A stretch of DNA of 64,000 nt from Eledone cirrhosa. Lineage: Eukaryota. The stretch covers positions 113,584,001 through 113,648,000 of the forward strand of contig OZ024744.1 in NCBI GenBank assembly GCA_964016885.1, written 5' to 3'. The notes below the pieces were generated by a model. That model searched no databases. It had not been told where the DNA came from and saw nothing but the letters and a program-made list of their open reading frames with translations. How positions within the stretch are numbered: the first letter of the stretch is position 1; every line of letters begins with the position of its first letter. A program made the translations under genes and the position numbers. Below are positions 1 through 12,244 of the stretch, in pieces.

Positions 1-2990
1 CAGTCCCAGATGTGGTAGCAGTACTGTAATGTAGTCTAGGATGTCTGTATGTAACAACACTGTCCCAGATGTGGTAGCAGTACTGTAATGTAGTCTAGGA
101 TGTCTGTATGTAAAAACACTGTCCCAGATGTGGTAGCAGTACTGTAATGTGGTCTATGATGTCTGTATGTAACAACACTGTCCTAGATGTGGTGGCAGTA
201 CTGTAATGTAGTCTAGGATGTCTGTATGTAACAACACTGTACCAGATGTGGCAGCAGTACTGTAATGTGATCTAGGATGTCTGTATATAACACTGTCCCA
301 GATGTGGTAGCAGTACTGTAACGTAGCCTAGGATGTCTGTATATAACAACACTGTCCCAGATGTGGTCTAGGATGTCTGTGTGTAACAACACTGTCCCAG
401 ATGTGGTAGCAGTACTGTAATGTAGTCTAGGATGTCTGTATGTAACAACACTGTCCCAGATGTGGTAGCAGTACTGTAATGTGGTCTAGGATGTCTGTAT
501 GTAACTACACTGTCCTAGATGTGGTAGCAGTACTGTAATGTAATCTAGGATGTCTGTATGTAACAACACTATCCCAGATGTGGTAGCAGTACTGTAATGT
601 GGTCTAGGATGTCTGTATGTAACAACACTGTCCCAGATGTGGTAGCAGTACTGTAATGTGGTCTAGGATGTCTGTATGTAACTACACTGTCCTAGATGTG
701 GTAGCAGTACTGTAATGTAATCTAGGATGTCTGTATGTAACAACACTGTCCCAGATGTGGTAGCAGTACTGTAATGTAATCTAGGATGTCTGTATGTAAC
801 AACACTATCCCAGATGTGGTAGCAGTACTGTAATGTGGTCTAGGATGTCTGTATGTAACAACACTGTCCCAGATGTGGTAGCAGTACTGTAATGTGGTCT
901 AGGATGTCTGTATGTAACTACACTGTCCTAGATGTGGTAGTAGTACTGTAATGTGGTCTAGGATGTCTGTCTGTAACAACACTGTCCCAGATGTGGTAGC
1001 AGTACTGTAATGTAGTCTAGGATGTCTGTATGTAACAACACTGTCCTAGCTGTGGTAGCAGTACTGTAATGTTGTCTAGGATGTCTGTATGTAACAACAC
1101 TGTCCCTGATGTGGTAGAAGTACTGTAATGTGGTCTAGGGTGTCTGTATGTAACAACACTGTCCCAGATGTGGTAGCAGTACTGTAATATGGTTTAAGAT
1201 GTCTGTAAGTAACAACACTGTCCCAGATGTGGTAGCAGTACTGTAATGTGGTCTAGTATGTCTGTATATAACAACCCTGTCCCAGATGTGGTAGCAGTAC
1301 TGTAATGTTGTCTAGGATATCTGTATGTAACAACACTGTCCCTGATGTGGTAGAAGTACTGTAATGTGGTCTAGGGTGTCTGTATGTAACAACACTGTCC
1401 CAGATGTGGTGGCAGTACTGTAATGTGGTCTAGGATGTCTGTATATAACACCACTGTCCCAGATGTGGTAGCAGTACTGTAATGTGGTCTAGCATGTCTG
1501 TATGTAACAACACTGTCCCTGATGTGGTAGCAGTACTGTAATGTGGTCTAGGATGTCTGTATGTAACAACACTGTCCTAGATGTGGTAGCAGTACTGTAA
1601 TGTGGTCAGGATGTCTGTATGTAACAACACTGTCCCAGATGTGGTAGCAGTACTGTAATGTGGTCAGGATGTCTGTATATAACAACACTGTCCCAGATGT
1701 AGTAGCAGTACTGTAGTGTTGTCTAGGATGTCTGTATGTAACAACACTGTCCCAGGTGTTGTAGCAGTACTGTAATGTTGTCTAGGATGTCTGTATATAA
1801 CAACATTGTACCAGATGTGGTAGCAGTACTGTAATGTGGTCTAGGATGTCTGTATGTAACAACACTGTCCTAGATGTGGTAGCAGTACTGTAATGTTGTC
1901 TAGGATGTCCGTACGTAACAACACTATACCAGATGTGGTAGCAGTACTGTAACGTAGTCTAGGATGTCTCTATGTAACAACACTGTCCCAGATGTGGTAG
2001 CAGTACTGTAATGTGGTCTAGGATGTCTCTATGTAACAACACTGTCCCAGATGTGGTAGCAGTACTGTAATGTGGTCTAGGATGTCTGTATGTAACACTG
2101 TCCCGGATGTGGTAGTAGTACTGTAATGTGCTCTAGGAGGTCTGTATGTAACAACACTGTCCTAGGTGTGGAAGCAGTACTGTAATATAGTCTAGGATGT
2201 CTGTATGTAACAACACTGTCCCAGATGTGGTAGCAGTACTGTAATGTAGTCTAGGATGTCTGTATGTAACAACACCGTCCCAGATGTGGTAGCAGTACTG
2301 TAATGTGGTCTAGGATGTCTGTATATAACAACACTGTCCCAGATGTGGTAGCAGTACTGTAATGTGGTCTACGATGTCTGTATGTAACAACACTGTCCTA
2401 GATGTGGTAGCAGTACTGTAATGTGGTCTAGGATGTCTGTATGTAACAACACTGTCCCAGATGTGGTAGCAGTACTTTAATGTAGTCTAGGATGTCTGTA
2501 TGTAACAACACTGTCCCAGATGTGGTAGCAGTACTGTAATGTAGTCTAGGATGTCTGTATGTAACAACACTGTCCCAGATGTGTTAGCAGTACTGTAATG
2601 TGGTCTAGGATGTCTGTATGTAACAACACTGTCCCAGATGTGGTAGTTGTACTGTAATGTGGTCTAGGATGTCTGTATGTAACAACACTGTCCCAGATGT
2701 GGTAGCAGCACTGTAATGTAGTCTAGGGTGTCTGTATGTAACACTGTACCAGATGTGGTAGCAGTACTGTAATGTGGTCTAGGATGTCTGTATGTAACAA
2801 CACTGTCCCAGATGTGGTAGCAGCACTGTAATGTAGTCTAGGGTGTCTGTATGTAACACTGTACCAGATGTGGTAGCAGTACTGTAATGGGGTCTAGGAT
2901 GTCTGTATGTAACAACACTATCCTACATGTGGTAGCAGTACTGTAATGTGGTCTCCGGTGTCTATGTAACAACACTGACCCAGATTTGGG
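1..2990. repeat. 59-bp tandem minisatellite (~50 copies), runs off window start
   Basis: Unit ACTGTCCCAGATGTGGTAGCAGTACTGTAATGTGGTCTAGGATGTCTGTATGTAACAAC repeated head-to-tail with point variants and occasional short deletions; no unique spacers. Confidence 0.97.
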
Positions 2991-3429
2991 AGCATTACTT
3001 TAATGAAGCTTACTCTGTCGTATAGTGTTTGTTTGTATTTTTGTACAGTGTTTTTATTGTTGTATAGTTTTAAACGGCTACTTTTGTATGAATCAAGAAA
3101 AGAAAATATTCGAATTGTGCAATGTAATTGTAAGTATACAAAATATGCAAGATGGTTATCTCTGGAACTGTTTGAATTATAGCTTATCAAAGCTGCCTTG
3201 TGATTAAGTAACAACAAGATCGTATCGATATATCAACTGGTCATCTTATCAAAGCTGTCTTAGAGCTAAACAACATCAAAACAATATAGGTTGGTGGATA
3301 TTTTACAAAACCACTTCAAACGTATAATAAACTCAATTAAAATACACAGCTAATCTATTGATTAGAAACTTAATGAGGGGAATAATAAGAACAGAAAATT
3401 GGGAAGTTGTTCAATATGATCCAGGAACA

Positions 3430-3552
3430 TGTATGTAACAAATAACTATACAGGTGTGTTATATAACATGCAATATACAGGTGTGTTATGTAACAGTGCA
3501 ATACACAGATGTTATATAACATGCGATACACAAGTGTGTTATGTAACAATGT
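3430..3552. repeat. Degenerate left part of 28-bp minisatellite
   Basis: Variants of ATATACAGGTGTGTTATGTAACAATG, same unit as 4235-4625. Confidence 0.75.
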
Positions 3553-3615
3553 TAAAGATGTTTATTGGTTGGTTGATTAGTTCGTTGAATTACACAACCC
3601 CCACACACACACACA

Positions 3616-4226
3616 TCTAAAGAGAGAGAGACAGAGAGGGAGAGGCAGAAAGAGAGAGATAGGCCGTTTTTCAGAGAGAGATACAATTATTAGATATTCA
3701 GAGAGAGAGAGTGACATTCCACAAAAGTCTAGAAACAGCTGAAACTATAGATCCTTTGATCTAAAGGAAGGTGTAACAATATTGCCTTAGCTTTTATAAA
3801 GTAGTTTTACAGTCTTTGATTTTACAGAACAAAGAAAAACTGATACTATTTGAAATTAATCTACCCTCCAGCTTTTATCCATAATCTACTTACAGACCGT
3901 ACTAACGAAGCTAAACACTTCAGAAGCAATGTTATGTGGTATATTGCTGTGTTTCAGATGACGTCCTCTGGAGCTGAAAAAGATCATACTAACTATGGTT
4001 ATTTCACAACCTTTAAAATCCGAGACCAATGTTACCAGTTAATCGGCAGTTTACTCCCCCAGCCTAATAAGGAAGTTTTATGATTGTTTTTTTTATGTCT
4101 CACACACACACACATTACGGTCTCACCTCATACTGTAAACCAGACAACACATCCAATACAGTTGTTTTCTCTTTTATCTATCTTCTCTTAACTGTTCTCC
4201 CGGGCGAAGCCGGGTACCTCAGCTAG
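3616..4226 (+). mobile_element. Internally deleted Helitron (RepHel N-terminal fragment plus 3' terminus); 5' boundary uncertain
   Basis: 3850-4083 encodes HFRSNV..FQMTSSGA..TFKIRDQCYQLIGSLLP, resembling the Helitron motif F..NIR.YN..FQMTSFGA..TFKIQGQVYH.IGSLLP. 3' end CCCGGGCGAAGCCGGG hairpin followed by CTAG|T (CTAG at 4223-4226). Confidence 0.75.
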
Positions 4227-4234
4227 TGTAAGAA

Positions 4235-4625
4235 TAAAATATACAGCTGTGTTATGTAACAATGTAATATACAGCTGTGTTATGTAACAATGTAATATAC
4301 ATGTGTGTTATGTAACAATGTAATATACAGGTGGGTTATGTAACAATGTAATATACAGGTGGGTTATGTAACAATGTAATATACAGGTGGGTTATGTAAC
4401 AATGTAATATACATGTGTGTTATGTAACAATGTAACATACAGGTGGGTTATGTAACAATGTAATATACAGGTGGGTTATGTAACAATGTAATATACAGGT
4501 GGGTTATGTAACAATGTAATATACATGTGTGTTATGTAACAATGTAACATACAGGTGGGTTATGTAACAATGTAATATACAGGTGGGTTATGTAACAATG
4601 TAATATACAGGTGGGTTATGTAATA
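4235..4625. repeat. 28-bp tandem minisatellite (~14 copies)
   Basis: Unit TAATATACAGGTGGGTTATGTAACAATG. Confidence 0.95.
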
Positions 4626-4719
4626 TGAAAAACTATAGCAAATGCTACCTGTTTAGGAAAGCAGTCACTCAAATTAAAGTTGACACATGGTAGAGAGGAG
4701 CTTTAAGTATGGTCAGACA

Positions 4720-6080
4720 ACCTCTCTAGTGCTGGTGCCCTGATAAAATACACCCAGTCTACACTGTAAAGTTGTTGGTAATAGTAAGGGCATCTAGCAA
4801 GAAAAACCTCACCAAAAACTATGACCAGTACAGAATATAAGATTCACACTAACTGTGAGTACAGAACTAACACCAGTCATGCTGGTGCTACACATAGTAG
4901 CAGAGTGGTTAACCTATGATGTGTACAAGAAGTGAGATGGAAGGGTGTCTCTGTAAGACTACTGACAGGTATGTCAGTACACTGAGAGGTAGATCAGGTG
5001 ACATTGTAGAGATGGAGGGGTGTCTCTGTAAGACTACTGACAGGTATGTCAGTACACTGAGAGGTAGATCAGGTGAAATTGTAGAGATGGAGGGGTGTCT
5101 CTGTAAGACTACTGACAGGCAACCAACATAGATACAAACTTTACTGAGTAGTAAATGACAATGGGGTAGGAGGTGTAGGCATCTTACTGAGAAAGGGATA
5201 GATAAGGTAATAGAATTAGTTAGAGTGACAGAATAACTTAGAATAGCTGTAGGAAATAGAATCGTGACAATAACCTCGACCTACAGACCACAGGCAGGAC
5301 TGAGTAAAGAACAAAAACACAGGTTCTATGTGGAACTTTTACATCCTGGCAGGTGAATTCAATGGACATGCTGGATTGTACCATGATGACAACATCAGTG
5401 TAGACAGCGGCTATGATTATGGCTTTGGAAATGAAGAAGGAGAAAGGTTCCTGGAATTCTGTGATGTAAATGAATTAACTATTTGTAACACTAACTTCAG
5501 GAAACCAGCCAGCCATTTGATCAGCTACCAATCAGATGAAGATACAAGCCAGATTGACTTCTTACAAGTTAGAAAACAGGATAACCTGATGGTTATAAAT
5601 GTTAAGACCTCTGGATAAGAATGTACTGCCCAACATATATTGGTTATCAGTGACATTAGAATAAACTGAAGACAAGAAGAAACAGGAAAATCTAGAGGAG
5701 AGTTTGGAGACCAAAGGAGTTTTCTATTAAGTATAGGTTTAAAAAGACTCTAGGGGATACATCAAATGAGAGGGGAGACAAGTTAGATATATACGACATT
5801 GAGGACAATTGGAAGTTCTTATGTGACAACCTACTACAGGTTACTGAAGAGACTTGTGACTGGAGCAAAGTAACCGTCAGACAGAGGGTGACCTGGTGGT
5901 GGTACAACACAGTAGGTAGAGACATTAAGGGCAAGAGACAGGCATACTGGAGAAATGGGGGTAGCAGAGACCAGTACCAGGTAGCTAAGGGAGAAGATAG
6001 ATGACAGGTATACATAGCTTGGAAAGAGGCTGAAAGGTTTGCTAAAGTCTTATGACATGAAGATCAAAGACGTGAGGTGT
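4720..6080 (+). mobile_element. Old, degenerate RTE LINE 5' portion (UTR motif plus AP endonuclease), with a 75-bp internal tandem duplication at 4934-5118
   Basis: Remnant peptides VSTLRGRSGEIVEM, AGEFNGHAG, GFGNEEGERFLEFC..NELTICNTNFRKP..SQIDFL and RVTWWW; many stops; homologous to the RTE copies at 7433 and 35662. Confidence 0.85.
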
Positions 6081-6084
6081 TCAT

Positions 6085-6412
6085 CATCATTGGAAAAGGA
6101 AGTGAGGGTGGAGAGAGAAGTGTTGTCTCCCCCTGTACATTTGCTGAAAGGTGGGTGAATGTGGCGAGAAGGGCTCGTGTGAATGGGCCTACCCCGAGCA
6201 TGCACCTGGGTGCCCTTGAAGTGTTGGGTGGTTCAGGATTGGGGTACTCGAGTCACCGTTGGGTGGTTATCCTCCCTATTTGGGAACTCTGTTTGCATTT
6301 TTATTGTTATTTATATATCTTTTTACATGTTACATATGTAAACCCCCTCTGTCCCTGTCTATTGTATTGTCCCCTACATGTAGGCCCTTGTGGCCAATAT
6401 AAAATTAATCTG
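6085..6412 (+). mobile_element. Probable 3' end fragment of an L1/Tx1-like LINE
   Basis: C-terminal peptide SPCTFAERWVNVARRARV (F..RW end motif) followed by a pyrimidine-rich UTR and AATATAAA. Confidence 0.4.
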
Positions 6413-6585
6413 TAGAGCGTCAGACACCATGCTTTACAGCAAAGAGTTACGTCCCTTTACAGTCTGAGTTCAAATCCCGCTGAGTTTAACTTTGTCTTTC
6501 TTCCTTATGGGGTCGATAAAATAAAGTACCAGTAATGCACTGGAGTAATTGCTGACCTTGTGCCAAAAGTAGAAACAATTATTAT
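6413..6585 (+). mobile_element. tRNA-derived SINE with Deu/Nin-like core, 5'-truncated
   Basis: B-box GAGTTCAAATC, core CTTTC.TCCTT..GGGGTCGATAAAATAAAGTACCAG, tail CCTTGTGCCAAAAGTAGAAACAATT; same family as 22199-22388. Confidence 0.8.
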
Positions 6586-6739
6586 TAATACTTTGTTTCT
6601 TAAAGATACCAACAACAGTGTAACACCAAACGTAGAATACCACACTGGTAACTGGTCCCATATTGGCACTGAGTGCTAAAACAGGTGAACCAATAGTAAC
6701 TTAATGTTACACATCAATAAATTGTGTGTGCGTGTGTAT

Positions 6740-7120
6740 TATCATCATCATCATCATCATCGTTTAACGTCCATGTTCCACGCTTGCATGGGTTTGGATG
6801 GGAGTTTTCCCACTTGAGGCAAGATTGGTTGTCTTGCTCGCATAGGACTGTCTGGAAGGTTTTCTACAGCTGGATGCCCTTCCTAACACCAACCACATTT
6901 ACAGTGTGGGGCTGGGAGGTTTTTACCGTGTTGCCTACACGGCCACATTACAGCGTGGACTGTGTGTTTTTGTCGTGACACCTACACGATCTCGTTTGTT
7001 TCGGCCTGGATGTTGTGGTACCAACATAACTTTACATTGAAAGGGGCGGTGTGGATGGGGTGGGGGTGTATTTTGTTAGAGATGCCTACTGACTGTAGTA
7101 GATTTTACTTTGTATTTAGG
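6740..7120 (-). mobile_element. RTE family B 3' UTR only (5'-truncated at the ORF stop), (GAT)n tail
   Basis: Reverse complement aligns by eye with 59961-60357; (ATC)n at 6740-6761. Confidence 0.9.
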
Positions 7121-7432
7121 TATATATATACACACACACGATTTTGATTTTATGATTTTGATTTTGTATCAGTACTGACGGTAATACATATATATATATA
7201 TGTGTTTGTGTGAGTGGTGTGAGTATTTGTATGCATGAATGTTGGTGTGTGAGTGACGTGTGTTTGTAGTTTGTATGCATGAGTGTTGGTGTGTGAGTGA
7301 GTGTGTGTGTGAGTGAGTGTGTGTGTGCGCCCTGAGTGTCAATAAGTGGTTTTTTGGGGGGTTTTTTTATGACCATGCTGTAAAATGGAGGGGTAGAGAG
7401 GGTCCTTGAGTTTAGTAAGACATCCTCTCTAG

Positions 7433-9881
7433 TATAACCTACAAATCTGGCGAGCACATACGCCAGATTGACTTCTTACTAGTTAGGCAGCGGGACAGGC
7501 AGATAGTGTCTAATACCAAGGCATACCCTGGGGAAGAATGTACCCCACAGCATAGGTTAGTTGTTAGTGATATCTCAGTAAGCAAGAGATGGAATGAGCC
7601 ATACAGGAAGGTGTGGAGAAGAAAGGTCTGGAAGCTAAAAGACCTTTCACTAAAATACAAATTTAGGAAAGCCCTTCAAGATGTGTATGATGAAAAAGAA
7701 GACGATTTAGAGACGTGTGACATGGATAATAACTGGAATTTCTTACATGACAACTTGCTGCAGGCTACTGATGAAACTTGTGGCTGGAGCAGAGCTCCAA
7801 CCAGACAGAGAGTGACCTGGTGGTGGAACAGCACAGTAGATAAGGCCATTAGAGACAAAAGACTAGCATGGAAGGCTTGGAAAAAGGGTGGGAGTAGGGA
7901 AGGATATACAGCCGCTAAGAGAGAAGCTAGACGTCAGGTGTACTTAGCACGCAGCGAGGCGGAGAGTAGGAAGTTTGCCAATGTTCTGCGACGGGAAGAT
8001 CAGGGGCGTGCAGTGTGTCAATGCAAATCAGGATGTTGTTGGAGATAAATGTGTCCGGGATGATGCCGGTGTACTTAGTGTCACGAATGATCAGAAAAAG
8101 GAGGCCTGGAAATGTCATTATGAGAGACTGATGAATGTGGAGAACAAATGGGAGAGAGAGAAATTACCCTCAGTAGATCCGACAGAGGGACCAGCTATTG
8201 AGATTGACAAATATAGGGTCCAAGAAGCGATTAAGGAAATGAAAAATGGTAAGGCTGCTGGACCATCGGGGATAGTTGCTGAGATGCTGAAGGCATCAGG
8301 GGACATAGGCACTAAACTGGTTGCACGCATCATCAATCAGGCTATATATGGTGGTGTCATACCCAAAGACTGGTGCAGCAGTATTCTCATAAATTACTAC
8401 AAAGGTAAAGGGGATGCTCTGGAGTGGAGCAATTATAGGGGTATAAAACTGATGGATCAGGTTATGAAAGTGGCAGAAAGGATATTAGCACAACTAATTA
8501 GAGAAAGGGTCAAACTAGATGAGATGCAGTTTGGTTTTGTGCCTGGGAAAAGTACAACAGATACCCTCGTCATAGTGAGACAACTACAAGAGAGGTTCTT
8601 AGAGAAAAATAAGCCACTATACTTAGCTTTTGTTGACCTAGAGAAGGCCTTTGATAGGGTACCCCGATCTGTCATCTGGTGGTCCCTAAGGAAGCTCGGT
8701 GTTGAGGAATGGCTTGTGAGGACAGTGCAAACTTTGTACAGAGGTACTCTCAGTAAAGTCAGGGTAGGAATGGAGTTTAGTGAGGAATTCCAGATACAAG
8801 TAGGAGTACATCAGGGTTCGGTCCTCAGCCCGCTCTTGTTCTTTATAGTCCTCCAAGCCATAACAGAGGAGTTTAAGACTGGCTGTCCATGGGAACTTCT
8901 CTATGCTGACGATCTGGTTCTTCTAGCAGAATTAGTAGAGGAGCTAGAGAATAAATTCTGGCTATGGAAACAGCAGTTGGAAGCCAGAGGACAGAGTGAA
9001 CCTAGCTAAGACAAAAGTGTTGAGTAGAAAAGAGGACAAAACCCTGATTCCGTCAGGGAAATGGCCATATTTGATATGCAATAAAGGAACTGGCATAAAT
9101 TCTATAAAATGCACACAATACAGATCCTGGGTACACAACAGATGTAGCGAGATAGCAGGCAAACTAACAGGTAGGGAGAAATATGCATGCAGTAGATGTA
9201 GAGGGAAATTAGACAGTAGAAGTCGCATTGACAGACACATTTTTCAAATGCAGGCGGGTGCTATAGAAGTGGTGGATAGTTTCTGGTACCTAGGAGATCA
9301 GATTAGCATGGGAGGGAGGTGTTCCAAGGCAATAGTATCTAGAATAAAGACATGTTGGAAGGAGTTTAGGGAGCTGCTTCCTCTGCTGACGAAGAAGGGT
9401 TTCTCCCTGCGTACAAAAGGCCGGTTGTATGATGCCTGTGAGAGGAGCGTGATGTTGCATGGTAGTGAGACATGGGCAGCAACTGCAGAGGATATGCGAC
9501 GGCTGGAGAGAAATGAGGCAAGCATGCTCCGTTGGATGTGCAGTGTAAATGTGCGTGAACGACCCAGCATGAATGTATTGAGAGAGAAACTGTGTGTGAG
9601 AGGGATAGAATGTAGTGTACGGGAGAGGAGACTGAGGTGGTATGGACATGTGATGCGCATGGAGGTTGACCGATGGGTGAAGAAGTGCCAGGAAATGCCA
9701 GTTGAAGGAAGACGTGGTAGAGGTAGACCACGAAAAACATGGGCGGAGGTGGTGAGAACAGACCTCAGATCATTGAATCTCACGAAGGACTGTGACAAGT
9801 GGAGAGATGCTGTGCTGAATAAAACCCGTCCCACCCTTGCAAGCAGGGAAAAGTGGACGTAAAATGATGATGATGATGATG
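7433..9881 (+). mobile_element. RTE-clade LINE family A, 5'-truncated, frameshifted (partial EN, RT, Cys-rich insert)
   Basis: RT motifs QFGF, AFVDLEKAFDRVPR, GVHQGSVLSPLLF, YADD; RRLRWYGHVMRM..GRGRPRKTW; frameshifts near 8005 and 8990; ends GGACGTAAAAT(GAT)n. Confidence 0.95.
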
Positions 9882-9948
9882 ACACACATATTTAAGTTTG
9901 GTGATTCACCATTCCGCAATGGCGTTGTTATATAACTATTATGCAATT

Positions 9949-10008
9949 AACACCTGATGATGTCACCAGGTTCCTACGTAACCTGGACACTGAAATGTAC
10001 ATAGTGTT
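9949..10008 (+). ncRNA. Type I hammerhead ribozyme motif (Penelope-like solo repeat, ~9885-10060)
   Basis: AACAC-CTGATGA-stem II (CCAGGTT/AACCTGG)-GAAA-TGTACA palindrome-TA-GTGTT; stem I AACAC/GTGTT. Base of stem II is imperfect. Confidence 0.65.
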
Positions 10009-10087
10009 TGCAAAAGCTTAAGGAATTTAATCTGTCCGGCCTCCTGTCATTTTGCTCAATAATGTATGTATTCACGCATGTATATGT

Positions 10088-10245
10088 GTGTACAACCTAT
10101 CGCATGGTCGGGTCGTCGGCGACTAAACCAGCAACCCCACCAAGTTTTCTTGGTGAGGAGGGCGATTTTGGACACCCTGCAGGACAAAAATCAAAACCTG
10201 ACAAAGGGCGGAAGAACTCATAAGAGTCAACGGCCATCCCAAAAT
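10088..10245 (+). mobile_element. 5' fragment of non-autonomous RTE-derived element family N1
   Basis: Matches the reverse complement of 34715-34862 and 55435-55589 (CATGGTCGGGTCGT.GGCGACTAAAC...). Confidence 0.8.
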
Positions 10246-10279
10246 GTGTAAATATGTATATACATGTGTATGTACATGC

Positions 10280-10630
10280 GCGGGGACATAGAAATAATCA
10301 GGCTGGATACCGAATCGCGTGGTTAAACCACTGGGAGTGAAGGAGCCCTAGCCTTTGTCAGGGCATTATTCTATGAGAAGGCAACTCGGGAAACTGGGAT
10401 AACTGCGACATAAAACCTGTGGCTCAGTAGTTACAGATGATGTTGATTTTTTCTTCTTTTCGGGTTATAGCTACTGTCACTCAGAGAGTGGGATTGGCTC
10501 AGTGCACAGTCTTTCCTCACTTTAAAAAAAATCTTGACGCACAGGCATTGCACGATAGCATTAATTAATGATTATTAATAATGTTATATTGTGTAATGAC
10601 CATACTCGATAACGAGGGGGCAGCCATCAT
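10280..10630 (+). mobile_element. Non-autonomous RTE-derived element family N2
   Basis: CCCTAGCCTTTGTCA.GGCA...GAGAAGG motif shared with N1; ends GGCAGCCATCAT into (TA)n, like N1 (GGCAGCCACCAT); no ORF. Confidence 0.7.
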
Positions 10631-10704
10631 ATATATATATATGTACACACACACACCAAGACAACTGTTTACATGCCATTTAATAATATAAAAGTGACCA
10701 ATAC

Positions 10705-10897
10705 CTGTGTCATTCTCCATCATAGGAGAATTAACAGCATGCAAGGACTTGCGTGCTTGTTTTTCCAGTGATGCTTGTTGTTTGGCTAGTTGTTCCACCA
10801 TCTCTTCTAGTTTCAGCCTCTGCTCATGTTCATTCTGTAGTAATTTTTGCCATCGCTTGCCAAGGTTTTGGGCAAGCTTCAAGTACTGAGAACAAGC
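10705..10897 (-). CDS. OSBP: Internal coding exon of an oxysterol-binding protein (OSBP1/OSBP2-type), coiled-coil region upstream of the FFAT motif
   Basis: Acceptor ttttccag|GCT and donor ACA G|gtattg; 193 nt, phase 0 to 1. Translation ACSQYLKLAQNLGKRWQKLLQNEHEQRLKLEEMVEQLAKQQASLEKQARK matches recalled human OSBP ACRDFLMLAQTHSKKWQKSLQYERDQRIRLEETLEQLAKQHNHLERAFR. Confidence 0.9.
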
Positions 10898-10984
10898 CTG
10901 GAAAATATCAACAGAAATTCATTGTAAAAGTTGGAAAAAGAGGTGAAACTAATGTCAAGAGATAAATTATATGAAATATATGTA

Positions 10985-11130
10985 TAGTTGTATGGTGAAG
11001 GGGTTTGTTTCACAATCATGTAGTTTCAGGTTCAGTTGCACTCTCTAACACAAGTGTCACTATAGTCTTGTTGACCAATGCCTTGTAAGTGAAATTTTAT
11101 AGATGTAAACTGTGTGGAAGCCTATGATCT
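10985..11130 (+). mobile_element. Highly degenerate tRNA-derived SINE
   Basis: Remnant GGTTCAGT box and tail GACCAATGCCTTGTAAGTGAAATTTTATAGATGTAAACTG..GAAGCC running into (TA)n. Confidence 0.45.
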
Positions 11131-11137
11131 CTCTCTG

Positions 11138-11207
<70 letters not shown>

Positions 11208-11210
<3 letters not shown>

Positions 11211-11854
11211 GGTGTGGACGATATTTGTTCGCAATTTTCAACTGCTAATTTTATGCAAATTCTTTTTACTTCCATTGTCACTCTTGTCTTCATAAAAACA
11301 GTGACTATATTTCCATTATTTATTTTCAGAATAATTGATTATGAATAATTTTGAACCTCCAAATTCTTGGAATCCGCGCCCGGAGGACAAATAAGGAAAT
11401 TTCTGACTTTCTCAGCGTCAGTAGGAGAATGGTGGAAAATTAAGGATTCGACTACGAAGCAACATCAGAGAGGAAAACATATGATTGACGATCTGACGCC
11501 TTCAGAACGCCTGAGTTCGTCGCTGAAGTTCAGGATATCATCAACAATGAACCTAGCAAGTCGATGCGTGCCATTGCAAGGGAGAAAGGCGTGGATGAAA
11601 AGCTCATTAGGCTGGTGGTACATGAAGACATTCGCTACGTTTCATACAAGATGAGGAAAGGACAATTTCTGTCAAAGGCGATGCAAGAAAAGCGACTGAA
11701 GCACACAAAGAAGCTGATCGACAAGTTGAAACACCTACTGGAGCCAGACATGCTGTGGTTTTTCTCCGACGAGAAAAACTTCTGCCAAGACCAGAAGATC
11801 AACTCCCAGAACAACAGGTGGCTCGCTGTCTCATCTAAAGACGTGCCCAGAGTC
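11208..11854 (+). mobile_element. Tc1/mariner superfamily (maT/DD37D-like) transposon, left end plus partial transposase
   Basis: TA|CAGGGTG start after (TA)n; peptide MRAIAREKGVDEKLIRLVVHEDI...WFFSDEKNF..N.QN.RW; truncated by the N2 copy. Confidence 0.85.
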
Positions 11855-12085
11855 ATGCCTGTGCGTGAAGATATTTTTTAAATTGAGGAAAGACTGCACT
11901 GAGCCAATCCCACTCTCTGAGCGACAGTAGCTATAACCCGAAAAGAAGAAAAGATCAACATCATCGGTAACTACTGAGCCACAGGTTTTATGTCGGAGTT
12001 ATCCCAGTTTCCTGAGTTGCCTTCTCCTAGAAGAATGCCCTGACAAAGGCTAGGGGTCCTTCACTCCCAGTGGTTTAACCGCACG
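11855..12085 (-). mobile_element. Partial N2 element, inverted relative to 10321-10548
   Basis: Reverse complement aligns nearly end to end with 10321-10548, with only scattered mismatches. Confidence 0.9.
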
Positions 12086-12199
12086 GTACAAGTGTTTATA
12101 TACATATTCTTTCTGTACCCAAACCAAGGCACACACACACACAAGTTTGTGTGTGTGCGCGCGCCTATGTGTGCGTGTGTGTGTGTGTGTGTCTCTATC

Positions 12200-12244
<45 letters not shown>

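Noticed and set aside
1-2990. CRISPR-like array
   Set aside because: Head-to-tail 59-bp units without unique spacers, no cas genes, eukaryotic context.
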